A DNA stretch of 64,000 nucleotides from Kudoa neothunni (taxonomy: Eukaryota > Animalia > Cnidaria), in contig OZ199840.1 in the NCBI GenBank assembly GCA_964304625.1, forward strand, positions 7,417,635-7,481,634, given 5' to 3'. The translations under genes and the position numbers were made by a program. Positions 14,639-26,698 of the stretch are shown piece by piece. The notes beneath the pieces were generated by a model. That model ran no database searches, had not been told where the DNA came from, and worked only from the letters and a program-made list of their open reading frames with translations. The first letter of the stretch is position 1; each line of letters begins with the position of its first letter.

Positions 14639-15810
14639 ATAGCGCGAACTGCCCAGCGTTGCTTGGGGAAGATTTCGCCTAGAGGAATTTTTAATAGCAT
14701 TCAAAAAATATATTGAAATCTCGAAATAACCCATAGAAACAAAATAACTAAAAAATTTGAAGCAACTTACTATAACGATTTGGATTATGCAATTTAAATT
14801 ATAACTCCTGTGAAGGAAAGTATCAATCCCTGCGTCCATTTCAAAATTTCGTGGCTCGGCATCAACTCTAAATAAGTTAAGGTCAGCGTTGTATTTTTTT
14901 CATCCCGAATTATTTAAACCCCGTTAAAGTGTTATCTAAAACGTTATTTTTTGGCCCGGAGGATTTTTAAAAGTCGAATTCTGGCCCGGCTCGGTAACTG
15001 TGTGCACCACTAACTTTTTAAGAGATAAAAAAATAGAAAAAATAAAAGAGAAAGAAGAAAACTTACGAAAATTAATCGATATTGCTAAAATTAGCATCGT
15101 TTAGCTCGACATAAACATACATGCGCTTTTATCATAAACAGCCATAAATTGCGTCGATTTCAACATAAACAATTTAAATAATTTGGTGAAATAAAAGTAC
15201 AACCATTCGCATTGAATTTAATCACGTAAAGTAAAGCTCAGCGGACGATTTAATGAAACCTATGAACGCAGTATTTCCATTATAACGCTTCGATCAATGT
15301 AACTCTAACATTCTCCACGAATTCGTTATTTATGAAACATATATAAATTTTTTATCACATTGAAAACCATTAATAAAACTTATAAAATATACTTATCAAG
15401 TCATATACGTTAAAACTCCACAAATAAGGAACGTGTTTAAACAGACACCCAAATAGAAACGCCAACCTTATATATAAAGATAGATAGAATCAATTAATGA
15501 ACATATGATGGAGCATATAAAGGAGATAGTTAACTTCCACCGACCATAACCATGAAATAAGCAAGTGCTAATCCTATAGTTGAACTCATTTAATCCGAAA
15601 AACAAACTTTAAATCGACAAAATCACTATTTCATAAATACTTTTTGGAAACTTTCGTAGTCCGAAAACAATTAAACAATTTGTTTAAATATCGTAAATTT
15701 ATAAAAATTTTATATATGGCTATCTATAAGGAAAAAATTAACCGCACATGCGTACTTAGGGGCATACACACACAAACATACCGACTGTCCTCTTTTATAT
15801 ATATAAAGGA
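14639..15810 (-). mobile_element. Non-autonomous Helitron-like element (degenerate 3' end)
   Basis: On the minus strand it starts A|TCC-(TA)n with a CA/GT microsatellite and ends with hairpin cccagcgttgcttggg about 11 nt before a CTAT (CTAG-like) terminus. Same layout as 17379-18429. Confidence 0.55.
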
Positions 15811-16000
15811 TGATCATAATCTATTTTGCTTAATTATATCCATAACGCTCGAAATGAGAAAACACATATCAAATAACTTGTTTATGGTTCAAATTTTAAG
15901 GGAAATGCGACAACTGTTGTAAATGTGTCGTTGATAGTTTTATTTGTCTCAAAAGTACTCCGAACAGGCATATGTAAAATTTTTTAGAACATTCTATACC

Positions 16001-17056
16001 GTCTAAAGTCCAATATCTATGTCCGCGCTCGGTCAAAAAAATACACAATCGGTAAAAGTCGGAATCAAATTTAAATTAATTGGATCTCATAACTAGTTTA
16101 AATAGTGTGTTTAATTCAATGCCACGATATTTTTTACGAAACATAAAATCGGTTGCATAATCACAGACTCCCATCTGGTGTTTTATTTGTGGCATTTCTA
16201 TAGTGCCTTTTGAAAGCTACCCATATCGCTTCTATTTTGTTTGTATGGACACCTTCATTTGAGACGAACCGGCGGTTGTGAATAACAGTTCCATGGGTGA
16301 AGCCTAAATCTTTCGAACGGTTGTATCCACGCCAGCTATGAGTCCAGATTATCGCCCCTTCTTCCACATTATCCAGAATAATCTTCTCAAGAACTTCCCT
16401 GTTTCTATATTGGGATATTTTAAAGAAGAAATTCCCATCTTCGTTAATCCCATCGATTATCCTATATTGCTGGTTTTTTAATATGCGCCCAACATAATAT
16501 TTTCTTTTTGTAATGGCGGTCTCATCAATTTGCACAATTTTACCGGGCCCTCCTATTTTTTGAAAATCTTCGTCTAATTTCAAGGCCATCAAATCCCAAA
16601 TAATTGTCCTCCTCTCATAAATAGTAGATGATGACGAAATCGAAAGATTTCTTTTGATAGATTCGTAGGTTAAATTTGGTTCTTTTATTGTACAAACCAC
16701 AAATAGAAACAATTTCCATAAAGAAAGTTTTGAAGATTCAAATATGGTTCCAGTTCTAATTGACGTCCTTTTTTTACATATTATATATTTATTTTGGAAT
16801 CCATCACTAGTATCATTCCTCGAAATTATTGCCAAACTTCCACCACAAGGACATTTAGAATGTGAATTTATCAACCCAAGAGATTGAACGTTCTTTAAGG
16901 AATATGATAGATCATCTCGAAAATAACTATGTTCCATAAATGTAATTTGATCAATGTACTCAAAAGTGAATATTTTCTTGAAATTATTCATTGCGCTAAA
17001 ATGGGCGAAGTGTACCGAAAATTCACGAGAGCGGGCACAGATATTGGACTTTAGCC
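16001..17056 (-). mobile_element. Merlin (IS1595-like) DNA transposon
   Basis: About 30-bp TIRs g(t/g)ctaaagtccaatatct(a/g)tg(t/c)ccgc and a perfect 9-bp TSD ttctatacc (15992-16000, 17057-17065). ORF 16161..16991 has a Zn ribbon plus GGPGKIVQIDET, KRKY..GR and GVHTNKIE. Confidence 0.95.
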
Positions 17057-17378
17057 TTCTATACCATAATTAAGAGACTCTTTTTCCATATAGTGAGTAA
17101 AAGTTCCTTTTATTTGGCTATCAGTCAGAAGTAAACAAATTTCAATATTATGCAGGTGTTTTTTAACCTGTTATTTGTGAAGACATCCAGAAAATTCCTT
17201 ACTTCGGACTGTGGTATTGACTATATTTATATTTCTAAACGAATGATCGATTTTCATTAATGGTTTTATCCATTCAAATACAAACTTACAGCTATATTTA
17301 AAGAAAGTTTCTCCGTGGCACATGTGTATTACCGCAAACTGACACACACACGGACAGACATAAGAACTTTATTATGTA

Positions 17379-18429
17379 CTAGCGCAAAAACCCCGCTTCG
17401 CATGGGTTTCCTTGCCCGACCACGCTGACTTAAACCTCGAATAGGCCAAGGTCATTTTTGTTAAAAGTCATAATTATTTTATCGTTCTTTTGACGACAGT
17501 GTTAATCGAAATAAATAGCAATAACCCGATCATCTTCACTTTATTTTCATTTAGAAATCGTAAGTTCTTACAACTCATGTGGCGTATTAATCACTTTAAC
17601 TAACCCGTCGATGAACTAACTAAATTAAAAGTTTGTTAACACTTGCAGTTAACCCTTAAAGGATAACCTTCAGTTCCATGCGCCCATCTTTATATTATTT
17701 TGTTTATAAATTCTGTTGTTATTCATGTTATATTTTGTGTATATTCGTCAGAATTTCATCTACATTTTTAAAAAAGCATTATCTACCGACAGACATAATA
17801 AAATAAGTTAATGGTTTGGCGAAATTACACAAATTATAACAGGTTTTACAACAAAATAATAGGGAGGTGGACGCGCGAATCCAATGGTTAGCCGCTAAGG
17901 GTTCATTATAACGTGCTAACATCATTTTATGTTTATTTAAAAAATATTTAAAACTTTTTATCCTTAATCAAACGTGCAAAGTGAATAATTTTTTCGCGTT
18001 TATTAATATTAATCTCCTATTTAAATAATAAATATTCGTTTACTCTGGAACCCCGCCTACGCACGAACGAATGTTGTAGAATTTGTTAACTTAGTTTAAA
18101 GTGTAAAAAGAGTTAAGTTAAAGTTTCAGGTGTATTTAAGTAATACCAATTAAAGTTATATACGCATATTATTGAACATTATAGCGAATCACATGATAAA
18201 GTAATCTCATTATCATCAGCGCTAGTCTGTTTACAAAAAGTTTACACTACCATTTCACCAATTTATAGACAATCAGATAACAAAGTTGTATTTTTTTAGT
18301 TAAATTTGTATTTTTAAAGTATAATAAGAAACTCAAATAGTCTAATAAATCTCTGTATGAGGAGAAGATTTTTGCGTACACAGACACAGACACGGACATT
18401 ACTACTTTATATATATATATATATATAGA
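17379..18429 (-). mobile_element. Non-autonomous Helitron
   Basis: Minus strand reads A|TC-(TA)n ... GTCT/GT microsatellite ... hairpin CCCATGCGAAGCGGGG ... CTAG|T, the canonical Helitron termini inserted in an AT dinucleotide. Confidence 0.8.
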
Positions 18430-20796
18430 TACGTAAATTTATAATTAACTTAGAAACTTCAAAGTTATGACATTACTTGGTAGGTGTGTTGAAAAATTCC
18501 CGCATCCGAATGAAACCATTTAATGTAGAGCGCAACATTCTATTTTTCTGAACATTTTTACAGTTCCAACAGAAGAAAATGCTCTCGCTGGAAGAGCGTC
18601 AATCAGAATTAGTTAAAGTTAAGTGGAGCAATATTTTCCGATGGAACGAAAAATGTGTTGCCGATAAGCAACGTTAAAACATGCGATTATTGATAATTGG
18701 ATCCGTCAAACTTTGTCTTTAAGTATGTTCAATTCCTTTAATTTAGAATAATTGTATTACAGCTCTTCGTTCGATGTTTGAATAAAACTAACGATTATAT
18801 CTAGATGAGGTTTTATTATTATGTACGACCACTAATCCAATAAAATTAAAATAAATTAGTCATGAAGATAATATTTAATTTAATTTAAAATTATTTTGAT
18901 AAAATAAAAATTTTTCGAAGAATGATTAACCAGCACTTGTCATGATGGCTTAACGTTGGATAACATCAACATCAATGTCTCTCTATAATTGGAGCATTCA
19001 GGATGCCAATACGCATAACATGCTTCGTAACAATTCCATAATGGACAGTGTTCATGATTAAGCTGTGTACTATGTCTAATAATGATGGAAAAAAATTCAT
19101 TATCCTAGTTTCAATTGGAGAATAACATAATAAAGTGTGTTTAGTTTCATAAATTTTTAAGATGTCTTTTTGTCGAATTTCCACGTTCCGTGAGATTTAA
19201 CAATGAATTATTAAAATTTATAATTTTAACTTGCCTTAGTTTAATTTCTACTGTATAAATTTTAATTTGAAAGCAAGCATTATGACGAATTAACATCTAT
19301 TTGAAGATTTCTCGTAATGAAATCAACATCGATTATGTTTCCATTTTTTTATGAATGTACGATGACTTCTTACTTTTAAAGTTGTGTTGCGATAATACAA
19401 TTTTTTAGAGAATGGAAATGAAAAAATTTGGCAAAGAGAAAAACATGACAATTGAAAAAGGGATAATTTGGCCAATTTGTCCAAAATCAGACATCATTGG
19501 CAACGCGAGTCTGTTATGCCATAGCAAACTACTATAATTCCCTTAAATTATAATGCGAATTAATTTTTCTTATTAACTTTTAAAATATTTTAGTATATTG
19601 ATTGAAATATTTTAGAGTAAAATTTAAGTTTTACTACGAAATATTAACTATGCTGTACAGGAGCACGAGGTTTCGAAGCTCTACGTCATATTGCTTACTA
19701 ACATGGTCTTCACTCTGACGGAAGGTTTTTTTGTAAGGTAACCACATAAAAATGGAACTATGAATGATTATGACGGGTGTGATTTAAAAAATTTTGTCTT
19801 AAAAATAATTGGTAAATCTCCATGTACGTACCAAGTAGTTTTTAAATATATGATTAGGCGTTAATTGGAAATATTTAAAGAAAATTACACTAACAAACGT
19901 AAAATTCAGGTACCTTCATTTAAAATAAATATTTCGTAAAATTCTTTTTATTATTTTAAATAAAGATATTTGGATAAGATGACAAGTTTTGGATGTTATA
20001 TTTACATTTCTCCCTGCGATCTCAATTTATTTAAAGTTCAAAGCAATTGATTCGCGAATCTGAATTTACTGGCGCGCAATATTTGAGCTTATTCTATAAC
20101 ATTTAAATCATTATATTTTCTGTCGTACTCAACAAATTTTTTATATATTCAAATATTATCTTGAATATTGTATAACGTTTAATTGATGACTACAAAAATA
20201 AAGTTACATAGCTAGATCAAAATATTTATATCATTAAAGTAAGGAACTTCAGTTGGGATTCTGTATAAACAAAAGATTGCAATAATTTTACTGTTATACA
20301 TAAACGTTTATTTAACTAAGAGGTAAGCCCGCATCATTATTAGCTTCCATATAATGCACCTTTGATCGTAACTACAATATAAATTATTTATCCTAACGAG
20401 ATACTTCAAAATAAAAAATATATTCATTTACAATATTTGTATCTAATAATAAAATATATCATTAAACAAACTGTAATCGATGGGTTATAATTTTTATTAA
20501 ATATTATAGTATTATAATGATATCGAAGAACTAAGTAATTACGTAAAATTACAAAACATTTTGTTCTTGACAATCATTTAATTATTTCATATATTTTATA
20601 ATTTTCTCGAAGGAATTGTTAAATGTTCATAAACACCGGAATAATTAAAAATAATTAGAGACCAAATAGAACTAAAAATCCTTAAACCTGACTCTAGTAA
20701 TAATAATAATAATCAATTATCTAACTTTGGCTCATATCAAAAATATTTGAAGTGAGTAAAATTGGAAAGTGATCAATGTAAAATCGAAATTAAAAT

Positions 20797-21681
20797 TCAG
20801 TTTTGCTCGAATGATTGATGGCAACAAGAAAATCTAGTAGTACAGTGATCCCAATAATTCCATCCTGGTCCATCGTTGACTAATTTTAAATTTTTCACCA
20901 AGTAACCGCATAACATTACTGAATATCTGCACTGAATATTCCGCACTTAATACGTCTTACCTAATATTACAATACCAGGGCATTTTCAAAATTGTTTAAA
21001 ATATGTTTGCATGTGTTTTCTTGAAATTGAACGTTAGTCAGTAGAAATTCAATATGTCTTTTTTGTTCATATAAAGATTTTAGTAAAATCTTTAGAATGT
21101 ATAAATTTGTTTGTAGGCAGAAAAATTATACTCGGCAAAATTCACAATCGGGTTCATTCCTTATTACTGACGCATCTTAAATAATATGTTAACCTTGCCA
21201 TATAATTTAGAATATCTGTTTACTGTTGAGATTTTTGAGAATGAAAACGTTATTTCGGTATCTAGTTGAAATTAATTCGGTTTGAAGACTCGTGATTAAG
21301 TTTTTGCGGAAAATATCTAGAATTGGGCACTAAACATATCTTAACGTGAGTTTTTCGACCCAATAAAACAGACATACAACGTATGGGGAATTATCGCATA
21401 GTCTCTTCGTTATATTTAAAAGATCGTTCGTTAAAGTCTCTATATTACTTTTGTTACAAGTGTTGCTTATTTGTACTTCGATGTGCTAAACAGTTTTAAT
21501 AAATTTCGGCGAAATGCACATACTGTCTTAATATTCATTGTAAGCGAATGACCTGATTTAACGCTCCACGAGAATAGCCAAACAATTAACCACTGTATAA
21601 AACCCGTTATATCAAATATGGTGATCAAATACTACTAACAAAAAAACTAAGGATACAACTCTCAAGTTTATCGTTCTTCAT
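20797..21681 (-). CDS. Saposin-like (SAPLIP) protein, array copy 1, 7 exons
   Basis: Hand-spliced: MKNDKLESCILSFF/WLIVWLFSWSVKSGHSLTMNIKT/HIEVQISNTCNKSNIETLTNDLLNITKRLCDNSPYV/CPILDIFRKNLITSLQTELISTRYRNNVFILKNLN/NASVIRNEPDCEFCR/ILLKSLYEQKRHIEFLLTNVQFQENTCKHILNNFENAL/CRYSVMLCGYLVKNLKLVNDGPGWNYWDHCTTRFSCCHQSFEQN*. Confidence 0.88.
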
Positions 21682-22026
21682 TTGTTAGTTCTCACTGCAA
21701 TGAAACGCAATATATATCTAATGTTTATATTCGAATAATTTATTAATATACAAAATATTTTAGTCAATATTTCAAAAAAATTAATATTTATCTGGAAATA
21801 ATTCCTTTAGGATTGTACTATAAAGACCATCCGAACAAAAATTTTAATATAGAAATATATTTTCAAAGATAAGGTGATAATTTGCTGATTGTATAATTTT
21901 ATAATAAGAAATAATTTACTTAACAACATATGGTAAAGATGAAATATTTTATTCGAGATATATGATGTATTTAAAAATTAAATTAAATTTAAACCTAAGC
22001 CGACATTCAAAAGATACCTAATAGAG

Positions 22027-22561
22027 CAAAGATTTTCAGCCATGGGATAAATTAAGTGATATCAACATTGGTTAAGAGCATTTTATCCACAACACGGTTT
22101 TTACGTGCTTAAGGATTTCAAAGGAATATACTATTCGGGATTATTAAACTCGAATAAAATTTTGATAAAAATGCTTAAAATGTTTCTAAGAATAAGTATT
22201 TAACAATTATTTATAAAAATTAGAGCCAGTCACTTTTTTATGTCTCTTTTATCTTTTAGAGATGTAGCCTAATAATACTTAAAGTGATGATTTGCATTGT
22301 AAATAATATTTAGATATAACATATTATAATAAATAAAATCTGTAGACAGCCTGTGAGTAGTGGTTGTCGGGATTAAAACTTGTTTTCGCGCCGGCGTAAA
22401 TGCCGTTTAGGATTAAAATTTACTGTGTAAGTAGCCTCTGCCTTAGTTAAACCAATATAAAAGTTTAAATTAAATATGGGTTTAGCTTCCAAATTAAGAG
22501 GGTATGTTCGGATTTTAGTTCAGATGGCGGGTATAAATTAAATAAAAAGTTAGAACCCTTG
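22027..22561. mobile_element. hAT-type MITE family A, copy 1
   Basis: Shares internal blocks (e.g. gatgtagcctaataatacttaaagtg) and the agaacccttg end with 48183-48794 and 51732-52341. Confidence 0.7.
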
Positions 22562-23298
22562 CGTTATAGTAAATTTTACATTTAATCGATCTAATAGCGA
22601 AAACGATGAAATCAAAGATTTTCACAATTTTTTTTGGATTTATGTACAAAGCTAACACTTTTCGTTTACAATAAACAAATCTCCTCTAATTTTAAGAACA
22701 TGTAATGAAATTAAAGATATAACAAATTAATGAGCGTGGTGCGAATTTAGAGATATTTAAACGCATCTCCGGTGCTGCATATACAAATAGTTAGATTCTT
22801 GTTGTATAATAAATCAATCTTAAATCGTGTTTATGAATAATAAAAATGCGTTGATACCAACGATATTTTCGTTCAATTTCAGAAAAAATTTAAACCCCCT
22901 AAAAATAATAATACGCTTGGATCTTAAGATGATATTAAATTTAATAGTAACTAAAATTAATGCGTGATATCCACCTACACAATGATTAATGTTGAATGTA
23001 TTTTTTAAATATTTAGGTTTCTTCAGATCAATAAAAATTATATCGAACTTTATTTTTTGCATGATACTATTTAGTATGATTTAAATTATTAAAATTTTCT
23101 TAAAAAAATTATTCCTTTTAGTATATTTGAGAAGAAAATTTATAAATCTCCGGATTTTATAAGGTCTAAAATAGTTATTTTATTACGAGATAAAAGAAAT
23201 AAATTTTTTTCGAATTATTTACATTATAAAAGTTTGCAAATAAGAATTCTATCAATTAAAAAATTTATTGAAAAAAGTCGTGAATGCTATGATTGTTA

Positions 23299-24172
23299 TT
23301 ACTCAGGTGGTGGAATTTTGCATGAAAATCTATCAATACAATGATCGAGAACATTCAGTCCATCTTCATTACTAAATAGTTTCAAATTATTAACCAAAGA
23401 TCCACACAGCGTTAACGAGTATTTGCACTAAACATTTAATCGTTAGAGTTTGAATCCAACCCATTATTTATTACAATTAGCATTTGGGAAAATTGTAAAA
23501 TATGTCCGCAGATTTTTTCTTGAAACTTATCATTACTAAAGAGTAATGATAGGCGGTCTCTTTCCATATATGCTGAAATGAGCATGGCCTTCAATTATTA
23601 TTAATTCATCAAATGAATTAAATAGAATATTACTTGACATATTTCACACGTAGGTTCATTTCCCAAAACTAAGCCTTGAATATTATAATAATAACTTCCT
23701 AAAAGATTACCGATACTTTTGCGTTGGTTGCAATTGGCAATATTTCTGCAATTGATTTCCCTCAATAAAGATCTTTTTAAACTTTCAATTAAAATTTTGT
23801 GGAATGAACCCAAGATAGGACACTAAATAATAGTATTCGACAAACTTTACGTGGATATTTCTTAATTTACCGTGTACGTTAAATTTTTACACATCTTCGT
23901 TGTTACCTGGAGAAGTCCTTGTGAGAGGATCTCAACATAATCCGAAACGCTCACTTCAGTTGAAATCATTTCAGAGTGCTTAGAGGGAACATCGTTTTTT
24001 AGATTCATTAAAATTATTTAGTTTTTACATTCCACTTTTGTATGCCAAGAAACTGAATATTGCCATTCGAAAGCATTATTGGTAAGATCTGCTTAATAAA
24101 AGTAAATAAATTGGATGGTCGACAATAAATAACAATAATTAAAGAGTGAAAATATTCAAAAAACAATGCCAT
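23299..24172 (-). CDS. Saposin-like (SAPLIP) protein, array copy 2, 7 exons
   Basis: MALFFEYFHSLII/QILPIMLSNGNIQFLGIQKWN/HSEMISTEVSVSDYVEILSQGLLQVTTKMCKNLTYT/CPILGSFHKILIESLKRSLLREINCRNIANCNQRKSI/GLVLGNEPTCEICQ/AMLISAYMERDRLSLLFSNDKFQEKICGHILQFSQMLI/CKYSLTLCGSLVNNLKLFSNEDGLNVLDHCIDRFSCKIPPPE*. Overlaps ORFs 23601..23813 and 24014..24202. Confidence 0.88.
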
Positions 24173-24949
24173 CTTTAATCTAGTGAGTCTCAACAGAAAC
24201 ATTTGATTATCTTTAAAATGTGTGATTTAAAACAGTACACAATTATCTTAATAATGGTGTTATTAATTTATTGAAAAATATGCAATAATTGTTTGAGTGC
24301 TATATGTTTCATTCTTAAATATTAATTTCCCTCTTGAATCCATATAAATTATCAAATATATTTAATTATATTCTCAAATAATTGTTTTTAATATTTGTTT
24401 AATTGGGCATATTTCGTATTTATCATTTAATATAAAAATAAATAGATTAATTTGATTCATAATATAGATATTGTTTAAAAGTTTTTAAACAGAATACTCC
24501 TACAGGTGGGATGCATTTAAAATGGAGACATTTTTATTTAAGAATTAGATTCTATATTCCGAAAGATCATTTATAATGTCTCAACTATTACATCATATCA
24601 TTATTCAATTAGTCATTTTAAAGCTCTTATTAAAGTATTAATTATTTTCGATGAACATTACCAAATGAATCGATTATGAAGTATTTTAATGAACCCACTG
24701 GAATTGCTTACGAATTAAACTACTTACGCAAAATAAAATCACGGGTATACTTTATTAATACGATGGCATCTACAAAATCGTCGTATTCTTATCATAGTAT
24801 TAAAAATAAATAATATAAATAATGTAATGAAAAATATAAATTCGGCTTATACTTGCGCAAATAAAATTTTCGTCCAGGAATTATGTTTGAAGAAATTGAT
24901 GATTTGTTTCTGTGAGTTATAATAGAGTTATTGTTTCTTAGGGGGTTGT

Positions 24950-25808
24950 TTAATGGCGGCATCTGAGTCTGTTTGAGCAATGATCCCAATAGTTATATCC
25001 AGGTTCGTTCTCACTTAATTTCAAATCTTTAATTAAAAAGCTACATAAACTCAAAAAATATTTGCACTAAAAATGTATTTATGCCATAATTGTTATCGAA
25101 AATATTACCAATAATTTTTCCTGTGAGTCTACGATATGTCCACACATATTTTCTTGAAACTGGGAATTTGAAAAGAGAAATCGCAAATGGTCTTTTTGGT
25201 ATTGAAGAGATTGCATCAAGGTCTTAATGATAATAAAATATAGCACAGAGGTAAAGGAATACTTGGCAGAACGCGCAATCAAATCCGTCGCCAACAATTA
25301 TTCCTGAAAAATGTGTTTAATAAACAAGAAATCTATCTTCGTACTATTATTTCGGCCATTTTTACAAAGATGGGGACTGTTACTGCAATTCTTTCTTACG
25401 TAATAATGACGTTTTAAAGTCACCGAAAATTTTTTGTGAAAACCGTCCATAATTTGACACTAATTATAATGCTTCAAATGTATATATACACTAAAACAGA
25501 AATACAATGTATGGCAAACTTTTGCATATATCATTTTTGATTTTTAATAAGTCATTCGATAACATTTCTGTGTAACGACTAACACTTATCCCCTTTGGGA
25601 CGGTTCCATAAAACTATAAACAATTATTTTCAAAGTAAAATTAACAATAATTTTTACAGTCCTAGGAGAGTTATTTATTTGTTGTATATTATCGCATCGC
25701 CTAAAAAATTTCGAAAACTAATTATAGGAGATATTATTGAAACTATTTATCGAACAACTAATCGACCAGAAAAAAAGAGAAAAAACAACTAACGATGTCG
25801 ATCTTCAT
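24950..25808 (-). CDS. Saposin-like (SAPLIP) protein, array copy 3, 7 exons
   Basis: MKIDIVSCFFSFFL/FSKFFRRCDNIQQINNSPRT/FYGTVPKGISVSRYTEMLSNDLLKIKNDICKSLPYI/CQIMDGFHKKFSVTLKRHYYVRKNCSNSPHLCKNGRNN/RIIVGDGFDCAFCQ/TLMQSLQYQKDHLRFLFSNSQFQENMCGHIVDSQEKLL/CKYFLSLCSFLIKDLKLSENEPGYNYWDHCSNRLRCRH*. Confidence 0.88.
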
Positions 25809-26698
25809 TCGCTTATATATAACAAAGTAATTCAAAATTTAATAAGTGATTAATATGGTAATAATTTTATAAATTAGATCAAATCCTATTATGAATTAAA
25901 TGTAAAATTATTATATCTAAACTAATTCCAGACGATATTACATATAAATTATGCACGTCGATAATATTTTTATAATTTATTTCGATAAAATAGATTTAAA
26001 TATTTATTAAATTATTTAGAAAAAATAAAATTGAATTCTCATTACTTAAGTGTTCATTTATTTTTGGATTATTAAACTGAATAAGATAGTTAATTTGTAC
26101 AATTGTTGAATGCGAGGTCTCCAATGAGGTATTATTATTTAACACTTTTTAATTAAATTTTTAAGAAAAATATATTATCTATACTATCTAATTATCATAT
26201 CTAGAATAGTATATTAGATGTTAAATCAACTATCCAAGTCTGAATATGGAATAATAACCATTTGTTTAAGTCCAAAAACAATAGATAATATTAACTCTGA
26301 TAATAAATTCAAAAATAATTTGGCTAAAATTAAGAAAAAATTTAAGGTAGATATAAGTAATAGTAGTCTCAAACTTCAACAACACTCATTTGGAAAAAAT
26401 TACGATAGAAAAGTTTAAATTAAAATCAAGTTTCTATAATCGTAAGCAGAAAAAATATTCTCCTTCCATTAATGTGATAATTTTGACAAATCCTTAACTG
26501 AAAATCAAAAATATTAAATTTTCCTACCTGGAGTCTTACTTCGGAGCAGCGGTTCTTAATTTTTTTTCCTCGCGGACCCCTAATTTGTTTAATGCATAAT
26601 CCAATCATTAATACAAATATTTTACCCTTTCGTCCCCATTGTTCACTTTAATGAACAGATAAAAAACGATTTAAAATTATTGTTAAATGATTATTTAA

